Source: Candidatus Methanophagales archaeon (GTDB taxonomy: Archaea > Halobacteriota > Syntropharchaeia > Alkanophagales > Methanospirareceae). Taken from it: a DNA stretch of 39,404 bases. The position numbers were made by a program, and so were the translations under genes. Location: positions 1-39,404 of the forward strand of contig JAGGZZ010000081.1 in NCBI GenBank assembly GCA_021161765.1. Direction: 5' to 3'. This document shows, in pieces, positions 1-9,076 of the stretch. Numbering within the stretch: the first letter of the stretch is position 1; each line of letters starts with the position of its first letter. The notes beneath the pieces were generated by a model. That model did no database searches. It saw only the letters and a program-made list of their open reading frames with translations, and was not told the origin of the DNA.

Positions 1-2
1 AA

Positions 3-608
3 CTCGCATATCAAATCGGTGTCGTGACGAGAGAGGGCTGCGAGCGAGTGATAAAGTTCGCATTTGAGCTTGCGAAGGAGAAAGGCAAGAAAAAGGTGAC
101 GAGTGTGGACAAGGCGAACGTGCTAACGCATGCCTACGGGTTCTGAAGGGAGGTATTTAACGACGTTGCACGGGGATATCCGGGGATATATACCGAGTTT
201 AATTTCGTGGATGCAATATGCATGTGGTTCGTTAAGAACCCTGAATGGTACCAGGTCGTGGTTACGCCAAACATGTTTGGCGACATTATTACCGACCTCG
301 GTGCAATGATTCAAGGCGGTCTGGGGCTTGCACCGGGAGCGAACATAAATCCCGATGGCGTTTCCATGTTCGAGCCGATTCACGGCTCTGCACCGAAATA
401 TAAAGGTAAAGGCGTTTCAAACCCGATAGCCACAATTTGGGCGGGTGCTATGCTTCTGGAGAATATAGGTGAGAAAAGCGCATCACAAAAAGTGTTAAAC
501 GCGATTGAAACGGTCTTGAGGAGGGGAAAGGTGAGAACGTACGACCTTGGAGGTAAATCAAAGACGGGCGAGGTGGGTGATGCAATTGTACGGGAAGTTG
601 GGGGGTAA
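3..608 (+). pseudogene. leuB: 3-isopropylmalate/isocitrate-family dehydrogenase, 5'-partial, interrupted by in-frame TGA at 144-146
   Basis: Frame reads ...[22 protein letters not shown]...[26 protein letters not shown]...[22 protein letters not shown] and EPxHGSAP are family motifs. The stop falls where Trp is usual. Substrate (LeuB vs AksF/tartrate DH) is not certain. Confidence 0.8.
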
Positions 609-626
609 ACCATTTTGGAGACAAAA

Positions 627-643
627 CCGAAAATCTTTTTATA
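627..643 (+). promoter_or_regulatory. Putative archaeal BRE-TATA promoter
   Basis: CCGAAAA followed by TTTTTATA (636-643), about 25 nt upstream of a GC-rich structured segment starting at 665-667. Confidence 0.5.
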
Positions 644-665
644 CCTAACGGATATATAATATATG

Positions 666-737
666 TGGTGAGTAAGTCCTCCCGAAAGGATGATGCCATG
701 TTGACATGGGTGGGAGCGAGTAGGGAAGGGTTCACCA
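666..737 (+). ncRNA. Candidate small structured RNA (unassigned family)
   Basis: Terminal stem TGGTGA(666-671)/TCACCA(732-737), CTCCC(679-683)/GGGAG(712-716) and hairpin CCATG-TTGA-CATGG (696-709). Preceded by BRE-TATA and followed by a T-tract. Confidence 0.45.
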
Positions 738-748
738 ATTTTTTATTT

Positions 749-1153
749 TTAGACTGTGCCTCCCTCGGAAAGGATGCCTGCTGCGATTTGTTCAAGCTTA
801 CGTATTTCGCGTTTCCTGAAACCGATGAAAACACCGCCGAATTTGCCACCCACTAAGGTTCGTGTCTTTTCGCCGCGTTGAAGCACTTTATTGAGTAATG
901 GGTGTAGGATTTGCACCTTATCTTCCTTATCAGTTATAATCAGTATCCCGTTTTCAATTCCTACAATCCAATTAGATGTCTTTGCTTTAGGCGGGATGAT
1001 GCGATTAAGCGTTGGATGCTCGATGTCGAGATGCGTCACGGTAGCTCGTGAATAACCCTTCAGATGGATATAAACACGCGCGTTGGGCAGTTCTTCTGCG
1101 TTGAGGTGAACTTTTGCATTCAGTGGCAGTTTGCCTTCTGCGGGGCCAGTCAT
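749..1153 (-). CDS. Hypothetical protein with an internal two-fold repeat
   Basis: 134-aa ORF with protein-like composition. IEHPTLNRII and ILHPLLNKVL modules are repeated. Confidence 0.7.
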   Translation of the reverse strand: MTGPAEGKLPLNAKVHLNAEELPNARVYIHLKGYSRATVTHLDIEHPTLNRIIPPKAKTSNWIVGIENGILIITDKEDKVQILHPLLNKVLQRGEKTRTLVGGKFGGVFIGFRKREIRKLEQIAAGILSEGGTV

Positions 1154-1155
1154 GG

Positions 1156-1316
1156 TTATTAATTAATGAACTTTGTCACATTTTAAATTTACCGCAGAGA
1201 ACGCTGAATTAGAGGTTTAGTTTATTAGCGGTTCAGCTCGTTAGCTAAACATCCAAACCGCTAAACCGCTATCTTCTGTGAACTCTGCGGTTAATCTGAC
1301 AATGTCGAGTTAATAA
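1156..1316. repeat. Nested inverted-repeat (MITE/REP-like) element
   Basis: ACCGCAGAG(1191-1199)/CTCTGCGGT(1283-1291); inner TTAGCGGTT(1225-1233)/AACCGCTAA(1256-1264); imperfect outer pair TTATTAA..TTGTCA / TGACAA..TTAATAA. Confidence 0.55.
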
Positions 1317-1441
1317 ACTATGCTGCTTTGGCAGATGGGACATAACACCAGAAGAGCAGCCCGAATTTAATGACATTTTTGATTTGGCAATAACGTTAGG
1401 GAACGCCCAGTAAATAGTTTACCCATTTTTATAATTATCAT

Positions 1442-1554
1442 AGACACAGATTTCACAGATTTACACAGACGCTACTGTCCTGATTAAATTCAATTAAAAC
1501 TTATCAAAATTTAAACTACTTTAAATCTGTGTTAATCTGCGTTAATCTGTGTCT
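1442..1554 (-). repeat. Palindromic 10-bp-unit intergenic element, copy 1
   Basis: AGACACAGATT-TCACAGATT-TACACAGA ... AATCTGTGTT-AATCTGCGTT-AATCTGTGTCT. Confidence 0.85.
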
Positions 1555-1618
1555 TTAAAAAAAAAGTTTTACCAAAGAAATATTATACCTTGAATTCTAT
1601 TTATTTTACAGAGAAAAA

Positions 1619-2395
1619 ATGCAGAAAGAGAACAAATACAAAAACATTTTGTATGCTAAGAAAGACAAAGTCGCAACCATAACACTCAACAGGCCGAAAT
1701 CGCTGAATGCATTGAACACGGCTTTATTGACGGAGCTGCGGGATGCGTTGGAAGATGCGGAAACAGATGCCGCTGTGCATACAATAGTAATAACCGGGTC
1801 GGGGGAAAAAGCTTTCTGTGCCGGGGCAGACATAACCGAGCTGGTTGAGAAAAGTCCCAAAGAAGCGAGCGAATGGTCGAGCTGGGCTCAAGGAATAACA
1901 ACATACATGGAAAAGCTGAGGAAGCCGGTAATAGCAAAGATAAACGGATTCTGTTTGGGCGGTGGCTTAGAACTTGCGATGGCGTGCGATCTCAGGATTG
2001 CATCAGAAAAAGCGGTATTTGGTCTGCCGGAGATAAACCTGGCAATTATCCCGGGTGGCGGCGGCACACAACGACTACCGAGATTGATAGGGAAGACAAA
2101 AGCGATGGAAATGTTGATGTGCGGGGAGCACATAGATGCGGAAGAAGCTTTCCGGGTAGCACTTGTGAATAAAGTTGTCCCTGCGGATAAACTCGATAGT
2201 GAGGTGGATGAACTGGTCAAAAGACTGCTTTCAAAAAGTCCTGTTACGCTTGGAATATTAAAGGATGCGGTGAACAGAGGTATAGAAATGGATTTGGAGC
2301 GTGCGTTACAGTATGAAGCGGAATGCTTTGGGCATGCATTTGCAACTGAAGATGCGAGAGAAGGGTTAAAAGGGTTTTTGGAGAAGCGGAAGTAA
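1619..2395 (+). CDS. Enoyl-CoA hydratase / crotonase family protein
   Basis: ITLNRPKSLNAL, AFCAGADI, GFCLGGGLELAMACDLRIA, FGLPEINLAIIPGGGGTQRLPRLIG; both catalytic Glu present. Confidence 0.95.
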   Translation: MQKENKYKNILYAKKDKVATITLNRPKSLNALNTALLTELRDALEDAETDAAVHTIVITGSGEKAFCAGADITELVEKSPKEASEWSSWAQGITTYMEKLRKPVIAKINGFCLGGGLELAMACDLRIASEKAVFGLPEINLAIIPGGGGTQRLPRLIGKTKAMEMLMCGEHIDAEEAFRVALVNKVVPADKLDSEVDELVKRLLSKSPVTLGILKDAVNRGIEMDLERALQYEAECFGHAFATEDAREGLKGFLEKRK

Positions 2396-2399
2396 AACC

Positions 2400-3494
2400 A
2401 TGCCATTAGCGATCTTGTACAGGGATGAATTAAAGGAATATGACTTTGGTGCAGGGCATCCATTCAGGGGAGCGAGGTATGCGAAGTTTTATCGTTTCTT
2501 GAAGCAGAATTTGAGCGATGAGAACTATCAAATCATCAGTGCAGAGCCCGCAGAGGATGAAGACCTGCTTTTAATCTGCCCCCGGGAGTATATTGACTTT
2601 ACAAGGGACTATTACCGGGCAGCGAATTTGGGCTCTGATTACGATGGCAGATTTTATCTGTTTCACAGTGCGGACAATAGACCTATTGGAAGACCAGGGA
2701 AACTGGAAGAAGCTGCGAGGTTAATCGTGGGTCAGGCGAAGCGTGCAGTTGATTTAGTGGAAGGCGGGGAATTCGAGAAAGCCATTTCAATAGGCGGTGG
2801 GATGCACCATGCCAAATACGGTTTTGGCGAAGGATTTTGCATTTATAACGACGTGGCGTTTACCGCGAAATATTTAAAGCAGAAATACGGTTTAAAAAGG
2901 ATATTGATTTTAGATACCGACGCCCATGCGGGAAACGGAACTTCTGAATACTTTTACCATGACCCTGGCGTGTTGTTCATTGATTTGCATCAAGACCCCA
3001 GAACCATATATCCCGGGACGGGTTTTGTATATCAAATCGGTGAGGGAGAGGGAAAGGGATATACGATAAACGTTCCAATGCCAATTGGCGCCGGCTACGA
3101 TTCCTACAAATCGGTCTTTGTGGAAATAATTGAGCCCGTGGTCAACGAATACGAGCCTGAGTTAATCATCCGATATGGTGGCTCTGACCCGTATCTAAAT
3201 GACCAGCTAACGCAGTTGGGACTGCCGATAAAAGGATTCAGGATGATTGGAGAGCACACGAGTGCGATTGCGGAAATTTGTCAGGGGAAGGAGATAGATT
3301 TAATCGCTTCTGGTTACAACGAGGATGCTTTGCCTTATGCATGGCTTGCCTTAATTTCAGGTTTGGCAGGTCTGGAAATGGCGGTAAAAGAGCGTGAACC
3401 AACAGCCGAAAGGGATTTGGCGTCAAAGGATACTGAGAAGGTGGTGATGGAGGTTAAAGAGGAACTAAAGGATTACTGGAAACTTTTTGGTTAG
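2400..3494 (+). CDS. Histone deacetylase / AcuC-family Zn-dependent deacylase
   Basis: GGGMHHA, GFCIYND, ILDTDAHAGNG, LHQ..YPGTG, GSDPY..DQL, SGY motifs. Confidence 0.93.
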   Translation: MPLAILYRDELKEYDFGAGHPFRGARYAKFYRFLKQNLSDENYQIISAEPAEDEDLLLICPREYIDFTRDYYRAANLGSDYDGRFYLFHSADNRPIGRPGKLEEAARLIVGQAKRAVDLVEGGEFEKAISIGGGMHHAKYGFGEGFCIYNDVAFTAKYLKQKYGLKRILILDTDAHAGNGTSEYFYHDPGVLFIDLHQDPRTIYPGTGFVYQIGEGEGKGYTINVPMPIGAGYDSYKSVFVEIIEPVVNEYEPELIIRYGGSDPYLNDQLTQLGLPIKGFRMIGEHTSAIAEICQGKEIDLIASGYNEDALPYAWLALISGLAGLEMAVKEREPTAERDLASKDTEKVVMEVKEELKDYWKLFG

Positions 3495-3526
3495 CTGTAA
3501 GGTAATCACGCAATATCTGGGGGTAT

Positions 3527-3617
3527 AAATTCTAAGCACAAAATTCAAAATAAACCTTTCTTTTGGGATTTTGGATTTGGAAATTGTTTAGGATTTGGTG
3601 CTTAGGATTTAGGATTT
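3527..3617. repeat. Imperfect inverted repeat of 7-bp GGATTT(A/T) units between convergent genes
   Basis: AAATTCTAAGCACAAAATT vs GATTTGGTGCTTAGGATTT (reverse complement AAATCCTAAGCACCAAATC), plus tandem GGATTT units. Confidence 0.6.
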
Positions 3618-3625
3618 TCCACTTC

Positions 3626-4321
3626 TTATTGAACAGATTCGCTGTAAGCATATATATAGTCGCACTCCTCAAAATTATCCCCTATACTCAAATCGGTCAA
3701 GGAAACGCTATGCACTTGTAATCCCAATCCCTGAAGATACTTCACGAGCTCCTGAACAGATATACCTAAATCGCGGAGCATTGAATGATGAACCTCGCAG
3801 AAAATCTTGATATTCCTCTTATTTCTCCGCAAGGTCTTTTCCGCTCCTTTAAGCACAAATAGCTCACTCCCCTCACAATCCATATTGATTAAATCTATCC
3901 TCGCTACATTCTCTTCCTTTAAAAACGTGTCTATTGTAGTGGTATCGACCTGAAAACCGGGTATGCCCGCCTGGGGAACAGTAGAACTTGCAGCATTGTT
4001 CTTATAGAACTTGGTCGTTCCTATGCGGTCACTCACTGCCAATTGGCGTGTTTTTACGTTTTTTAACCCATTGCGATAAATATTCTCGTTCAGTATATTG
4101 AAATATTCCGGGACAGGTTCAAAGGAATAGAGTGTGCCGCTTTCTCCTATTTTCTTCGCTATCACTACCGTAGTAATGCCCGTATGCCCCCCAATATCCA
4201 TCGCGTTCATCCCTTCTTCGAGAATGGATTCTAAGAATTCAACTTCAGCCCTTTCATGTGGATTATCGCTCAAGAACCTCTTGAATGCGGTTGAATCATA
4301 GAAAAAAAGCTCCAGTTCCAT
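3626..4321 (-). CDS. FkbM-family SAM-dependent methyltransferase
   Basis: MDIGGHTG, YSFEPVP, IDLINMDCEGSELFVLKGA motifs. Confidence 0.9.
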   Translation of the reverse strand: MELELFFYDSTAFKRFLSDNPHERAEVEFLESILEEGMNAMDIGGHTGITTVVIAKKIGESGTLYSFEPVPEYFNILNENIYRNGLKNVKTRQLAVSDRIGTTKFYKNNAASSTVPQAGIPGFQVDTTTIDTFLKEENVARIDLINMDCEGSELFVLKGAEKTLRRNKRNIKIFCEVHHSMLRDLGISVQELVKYLQGLGLQVHSVSLTDLSIGDNFEECDYIYAYSESVQ

Positions 4322-4327
4322 TTTATA

Positions 4328-4687
4328 CTATTTCTCTTCAAGCATTTGAAGTTTTTCTATCGTTTTCTCAGCAATGATTTTCTCTATATTGAAATGATGC
4401 ATCATCCGGTTAAGGCATTTTTGCTTTTCTTTCGCATTACCAAGATATTTGGCACAAGCGTTCATAAACTCTTTTGTTTTTGCTACGTTTGCGTTTACTT
4501 CGTCCGGTATTTTCTCACTGTCATGTCTCACAGCACCTTCAGCGCATACATCGTGGCATATACCACAATGAATGCAGTTGTCCATGTCTATTTCGGCATG
4601 CTCATTCGCCATATAAATCGTGTCTACTGGACATTCCTCAACACATGTGCCGCAACCTGTACATTCATTTTTATCTACCCAGGGCAT
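4328..4687 (-). CDS. 2[4Fe-4S] ferredoxin-domain protein with helical C-terminal extension
   Basis: CTGCGTCVEECP and CIHCGICHDVC; GGAGG RBS upstream. Confidence 0.88.
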   Translation of the reverse strand: MPWVDKNECTGCGTCVEECPVDTIYMANEHAEIDMDNCIHCGICHDVCAEGAVRHDSEKIPDEVNANVAKTKEFMNACAKYLGNAKEKQKCLNRMMHHFNIEKIIAEKTIEKLQMLEEK

Positions 4688-4742
4688 TTTGTCAATCCTC
4701 CTTTTGTTTTTTATTTATATCTTTCCCTATTTATTCTATATT

Positions 4743-5657
4743 ATGAACCTCATCTCGATATTTGACCTCTCGCGTGCAGAGATAGAAGCGCTAATAGAAA
4801 CGGCGAAAGAGGTGAAAAAAGAGCGAAAAGAAGGCGTAAGAGCGAGGAATGACTTAGAAGGTAAGACATTAGCGATGATTTTCGAAAAGCCTTCTACTCG
4901 CACGCGTGTTTCATTTGAGGTTGCAATGCGTGAGTTAGGCGGGGACGTAACAAGTCTAAACTGGAACGAACTGCAGTTAGGACGGGGGGAAAGGATAGAA
5001 GAAACGGCAAAAGTGTTTTCCGCTTACGTTGATGCAATTATGATAAGAGCGTTTCGGCATGATACGGTGGAGGAGTTTGCGAGACATGCTTCGATTCCCG
5101 TGATAAACGGGTTAAGCGACTTGGAGCATCCCTGCCAGACGTTAGCGGACTTAATGACGATAAAGGAATTTAAGAGCCAACTGGCGGGTGTTAAAGTAGC
5201 ATGGCTCGGAGACGGGAATAACGTATGCAACTCGCTAATTGGTGGTGCTGCGATTACAGGTATGGATGTCTCCGTAGCGTGTCCAGCGGGTTACGAGCCG
5301 GATGAGCGAATAGTAGAAAAAGCGAGAGAGAGGGGGTGTGAGATACTCATAGCGGGCACGGCAGAAAAAGCCGCTGCGGATGCCGATGTGATATACACCG
5401 ATGTTTGGGTGTCAATGGGCGATGAGACAGAAAGCGAGAAAAGGAAGACCGATTTAAAAGATTATCAGATAAACGAGGATTTGGTGCGAACTGCGAAGGA
5501 GGACGTAATCGTGATGCACTGCATGCCGGTGCATATAGGAGAAGAAATAACGGAGGGCGTGATGAACTCCACCAATTCAGTGATATTTGTGCAGGCAGAG
5601 AACCGGCTTCATGCGCAAAAGGCGCTGTTATTGAAATTGTTAAAACACCGGCAGTAA
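4743..5657 (+). CDS. argF: Ornithine carbamoyltransferase
   Basis: FEKPSTRTRVSF, HPCQ, YTDVWVSMG, MHCMP, QAENR. Start moved to ATG at 4743 (MNLISIFDL). Confidence 0.96.
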   Translation: MNLISIFDLSRAEIEALIETAKEVKKERKEGVRARNDLEGKTLAMIFEKPSTRTRVSFEVAMRELGGDVTSLNWNELQLGRGERIEETAKVFSAYVDAIMIRAFRHDTVEEFARHASIPVINGLSDLEHPCQTLADLMTIKEFKSQLAGVKVAWLGDGNNVCNSLIGGAAITGMDVSVACPAGYEPDERIVEKARERGCEILIAGTAEKAAADADVIYTDVWVSMGDETESEKRKTDLKDYQINEDLVRTAKEDVIVMHCMPVHIGEEITEGVMNSTNSVIFVQAENRLHAQKALLLKLLKHRQ

Positions 5658-5766
5658 AATACTGACAATTGCCCATTATAGACGGGGTGTTTTAGAACTT
5701 TTTAGAAAATCTTTTAAAGACCTTTCTTTAAGAAGTATTCAGAGGCGGATATTATAAGAAAAAAAA

Positions 5767-7245
5767 ATGGGCGCGACAGAAGAGGAGAAAAAGTTTCCTT
5801 TCGATATAAACCCTATGTATGAGGGAGAAAGGGTAAGAAAATCGGGGCTGTATGTGGAGTTAGGAGGACAGAGTAAGCCGGGATTTGAGCTTGTCCTCTT
5901 TGAGCCCGAGCCCGAGAAGATAAAAGACGGGGAAGTCAGTCTGATAGGACCCGACCTGGCAGACATGGAGGAAGGCGGCAAATACGCGTATGGCATGATA
6001 TACCGGGTATATGGGGAGCAGATAGAAAAAGACCTTGAGGCTGTTATAGAGCGTAGAAATCACGAATACCAGTCTTATATTCAGGGATACATGCATCTCA
6101 ACCAGAGGGCTGAGATATGGGTACGGATAAGCAAGGATGCGGTGAAGAAAGGACTGAAATCATTGAAACAAATAGGGAGGGCAACGATAATGCTGTTCAA
6201 GGAGGAACTGCCCTTTATCGAGCGCATGGAAGCTACGTTCATAACGGACGAAGCAGAGGTAGAAAAGAGATTAGAAGAGACGAACGAGATATACAAAGCA
6301 AGAGATGAGAAAACAAGAGGACTGCACGATGAAGACGTGGACGAATTTTATCAATGCACGCTTTGCCAGTCCTTCGCCCCGACGAACGTTTGTGTGGTCA
6401 CGCCGGACAGGATAGCGCTTTGTGGTGCGATGAGCTGGTTCGATTCACGAGCTGCAGCAAGGGTTGACCCCGAAGGACCAAACGCCCCCATCCCAAAAGG
6501 GGACTGTATAGACCCGATAGGGGGGGAATACACGGGAGTAAACGAAGCAGCAGTGAGGCTGTCGAGCGGCGAATACGACTCAATAAAAATACATTCGTTT
6601 TTAGAGAAGCCGCATACGAGTTGCGGCTGTTTCGAGGTTGCGGGATTTTACATACCGGAAGTGGAAGGTATAGGGTGGGTGCATCGGGGGTCGAAAGTTT
6701 CCGAGACGCCGATTGGACTGCCGTTCTCGACCATTGCAGGCTCGGTCGGCGGCGGGAAGCAGGTACAGGGATTCCTTGGGATAGGCATACAATACTTCTA
6801 CAGTTCTAAGTTTATACAATATGATGGTGGCTGGCGGCGTGTAGTCTGGATGGCATCGGATTTAAAGGAAAGAGTAGCGGATGCGATTTCTGATGAGATG
6901 AAGGACAAGATAGCGACAGAGAAGGACGTGAAAGACATAGAAGAGCTTAGAGAATTCCTGAAGCGCGTGGACCATCCGGTGGTGAAAGGAGTCATCCGGG
7001 AAGTTGACGGTGAGCAGATAACAGAGGGATGGGCAGTAAAAGAGGAAGCAGCAGAGGTAGAAGCAAAAGCAGAAGCAGTTCCCGTTGCAGAAGCAGTTCC
7101 ATCCACAGCTCAAGTTCCTCTTGCATCTGTACCAACGATGGCACCAGGAGCAGTAGCGGGGGGCGGTACACCTATACAGATAATATTGAAGGATGCGGAC
7201 ATCAGCATCGGGAAGATAATAGTGAAGAGGAAAGAAGGGAAGTAG
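5767..7245 (+). CDS. cdhC: Acetyl-CoA decarbonylase/synthase beta subunit
   Basis: CTLCQSFAPTNVC, LCGA, PHTSCGCFE A-cluster ligands; Ala/Pro/Glu linker and IILKDADISIGKIIV tail. Confidence 0.96.
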   Translation: MGATEEEKKFPFDINPMYEGERVRKSGLYVELGGQSKPGFELVLFEPEPEKIKDGEVSLIGPDLADMEEGGKYAYGMIYRVYGEQIEKDLEAVIERRNHEYQSYIQGYMHLNQRAEIWVRISKDAVKKGLKSLKQIGRATIMLFKEELPFIERMEATFITDEAEVEKRLEETNEIYKARDEKTRGLHDEDVDEFYQCTLCQSFAPTNVCVVTPDRIALCGAMSWFDSRAAARVDPEGPNAPIPKGDCIDPIGGEYTGVNEAAVRLSSGEYDSIKIHSFLEKPHTSCGCFEVAGFYIPEVEGIGWVHRGSKVSETPIGLPFSTIAGSVGGGKQVQGFLGIGIQYFYSSKFIQYDGGWRRVVWMASDLKERVADAISDEMKDKIATEKDVKDIEELREFLKRVDHPVVKGVIREVDGEQITEGWAVKEEAAEVEAKAEAVPVAEAVPSTAQVPLASVPTMAPGAVAGGGTPIQIILKDADISIGKIIVKRKEGK

Positions 7246-7387
7246 AGAGGATGAGGGGGAGGAGAGGTGAAGGGACAAGGGAAAAGTTCGTACGTAGTAA
7301 ATTATGTTTAGAAATCTTTCATAGTTTAGTTCCTGAATTGAGAAAGTTGCCTAAAATTCCAAACTCATGCCATAAGAGGTAAGAGAT

Positions 7388-7546
7388 ATGAAGAAAGACA
7401 CTAAGACATTCGTAGAACATATATGGGCGTGCGTTGAGTTGATTCACGAATACTTTGGAATAGATTTGGAATTAACGTGGGCGGTCGTTACAAGAGACAT
7501 TCCGGATTTAAAGGAGAAAATGTTAAGAATGCGAGAAGGATTGTAA
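7388..7546 (+). pseudogene. HepT/DUF86-family toxin remnant with large internal deletion
   Basis: MKKDTKTFVEHIWACVE-LIHEYFGIDLELTWAVVTRDIPDLKEKM. A DUF86-like N-terminus is joined directly to the HxYFG.D....W C-terminus; only 52 aa. Confidence 0.75.
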
Positions 7547-7584
7547 ACATATAAAAAGAGAAGCAAAACAAAATAAAAGGAGCG

Positions 7585-8937
7585 ATGGCAAAGGAAATAA
7601 CCTTAGCGGACATAGCAAAAATACTGGAGAAATACGACATAGTGGAACTGGAGGACGTAAAGATAAAAGGAGATATAGAGTTAGAATTAGCTGAGGGCGG
7701 CGGCGTGGCACTTCCCCCTTCAATAACTCAAGCACTGCAATCCATAATAAGTGCAGCACATGTCTCCTCGTCAACCACCGAAGCCATCGCCACAACGGCA
7801 CAAGCACTGCAGTCCATACTAAGTCCAGGTGTAGGTGCAGGTATGCAAAAAGCCCAGATACCGGCGACACCCGCGGAGGAACCGGATTTAGAATTAATAC
7901 GCACGGAATTTAAAGTTGCGAAAACGGAATGGAAGGGTCAGATAGAAGAAGTTACAATTGGTGCTACATCGGCTGACGGCGGCACGAGAGAGGGAACGGT
8001 AACGATAGGAGGCGAAAAGGCGCTGCCTTTCTATAATTTTGACCATCAAATGCCGCATCCACCGGTGATTTCCGTAGATTGCTTTGACATCCCTATTACA
8101 CTGGCAAAGGCGGTGAGAGGGCATTACGAGGACGTGATGGAAGACCCGGGGGAATGGGCGAAGAAGAACGTGCGTGAATTTGGGGCTGATATGGTTACAA
8201 TTCATCTGATAAGCACAGACCCAACGATAAAGGATACGTCAGCGAAAGAAGCGGCAAAGACGGTAGAGGACGTGCTGCAAGCGGTAAAAGTCCCCCTTGT
8301 CATCGGCGGTTCTGGCAATCCGGATAAAGACCCGGGTGTGCTGGAAGCTGCCGCTGAAGCTGCCGAAGGCGAGAGATGTTTAATTGCATCCGCAAACTTG
8401 AACATGGACTACGAACGAATAGCAAAGGCGGCGCTGGAACACGGGCACGTTATCCTTTCGTGGACGCAGCTTGACATAAACGCACAAAAGACGCTGAACA
8501 AGTATCTGTTCAAACTCGGTGTGCCGCGCGAAGACATCGTGATAGACCCGACAACCGCTGCGCTTGGCTACGGTCTGGATTATGCATTCACGAACATCGA
8601 GAGGATGCGGATTTCGGCGTTAAAAGGCGATACGGATTTGGCGTTTCCGATTTCCTGCGGTATAACCAACGCGTGGGGTGCGAGAGAAGCGTGGATGAAG
8701 GATTCACCTATCAAGGAGGATTCTGATTGGGGACCTGCGGTGAATAGGGGTCCTTTGTATGAGATAATGACAGGATTGACATTAGGAATAGCGGGCGGAG
8801 ATATGTTTATGATGATGCATCCAAAGGCTGCGGCTGCGGTTAAACGCGTAACGCAAATGCTGTTTGGTGCGACGAGAGACGAAGATAAAGGTAAAAGAGT
8901 GGAGATGGGCGATTGGGTGACGTGGAGGGGCATATAA
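7585..8937 (+). CDS. cdhD: ACDS corrinoid Fe-S protein delta subunit
   Basis: FGADMVTIHLISTDP, IGGSGNPDKDP, DPTTAALGYGLDY, NAWGAREAW, MMMHP. Confidence 0.95.
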   Translation: MAKEITLADIAKILEKYDIVELEDVKIKGDIELELAEGGGVALPPSITQALQSIISAAHVSSSTTEAIATTAQALQSILSPGVGAGMQKAQIPATPAEEPDLELIRTEFKVAKTEWKGQIEEVTIGATSADGGTREGTVTIGGEKALPFYNFDHQMPHPPVISVDCFDIPITLAKAVRGHYEDVMEDPGEWAKKNVREFGADMVTIHLISTDPTIKDTSAKEAAKTVEDVLQAVKVPLVIGGSGNPDKDPGVLEAAAEAAEGERCLIASANLNMDYERIAKAALEHGHVILSWTQLDINAQKTLNKYLFKLGVPREDIVIDPTTAALGYGLDYAFTNIERMRISALKGDTDLAFPISCGITNAWGAREAWMKDSPIKEDSDWGPAVNRGPLYEIMTGLTLGIAGGDMFMMMHPKAAAAVKRVTQMLFGATRDEDKGKRVEMGDWVTWRGI

Positions 8938-9076
8938 TAAGGAGAAAATGACGATACTTTTACCAGCATCCTTGCATCACTAATTATAACTTAGATTCTA
9001 AGTATATAAAATATGTTGCGGAATTTTTTGAATTTGGAAGAGTTTTAGAGTTTGTAGAAAACGGTTCGTTATCTAT

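Noticed and set aside
667..737. tRNA gene (acceptor-like stem, about 71 nt, ends in CCA)
   Set aside because: No TpsiC arm, the 3' third is nearly all purine, and the anticodon-like loop has only 4 nt.
4620..4742. N-terminal extension of ArgF in the ORF track
   Set aside because: It overlaps the divergent ferredoxin gene; family similarity begins at ATG 4743.
7729..7823. Short duplication in cdhD (QALQSIIS / QALQSILS)
   Set aside because: It lies in the variable low-complexity N-terminal linker; no evidence of separate function.
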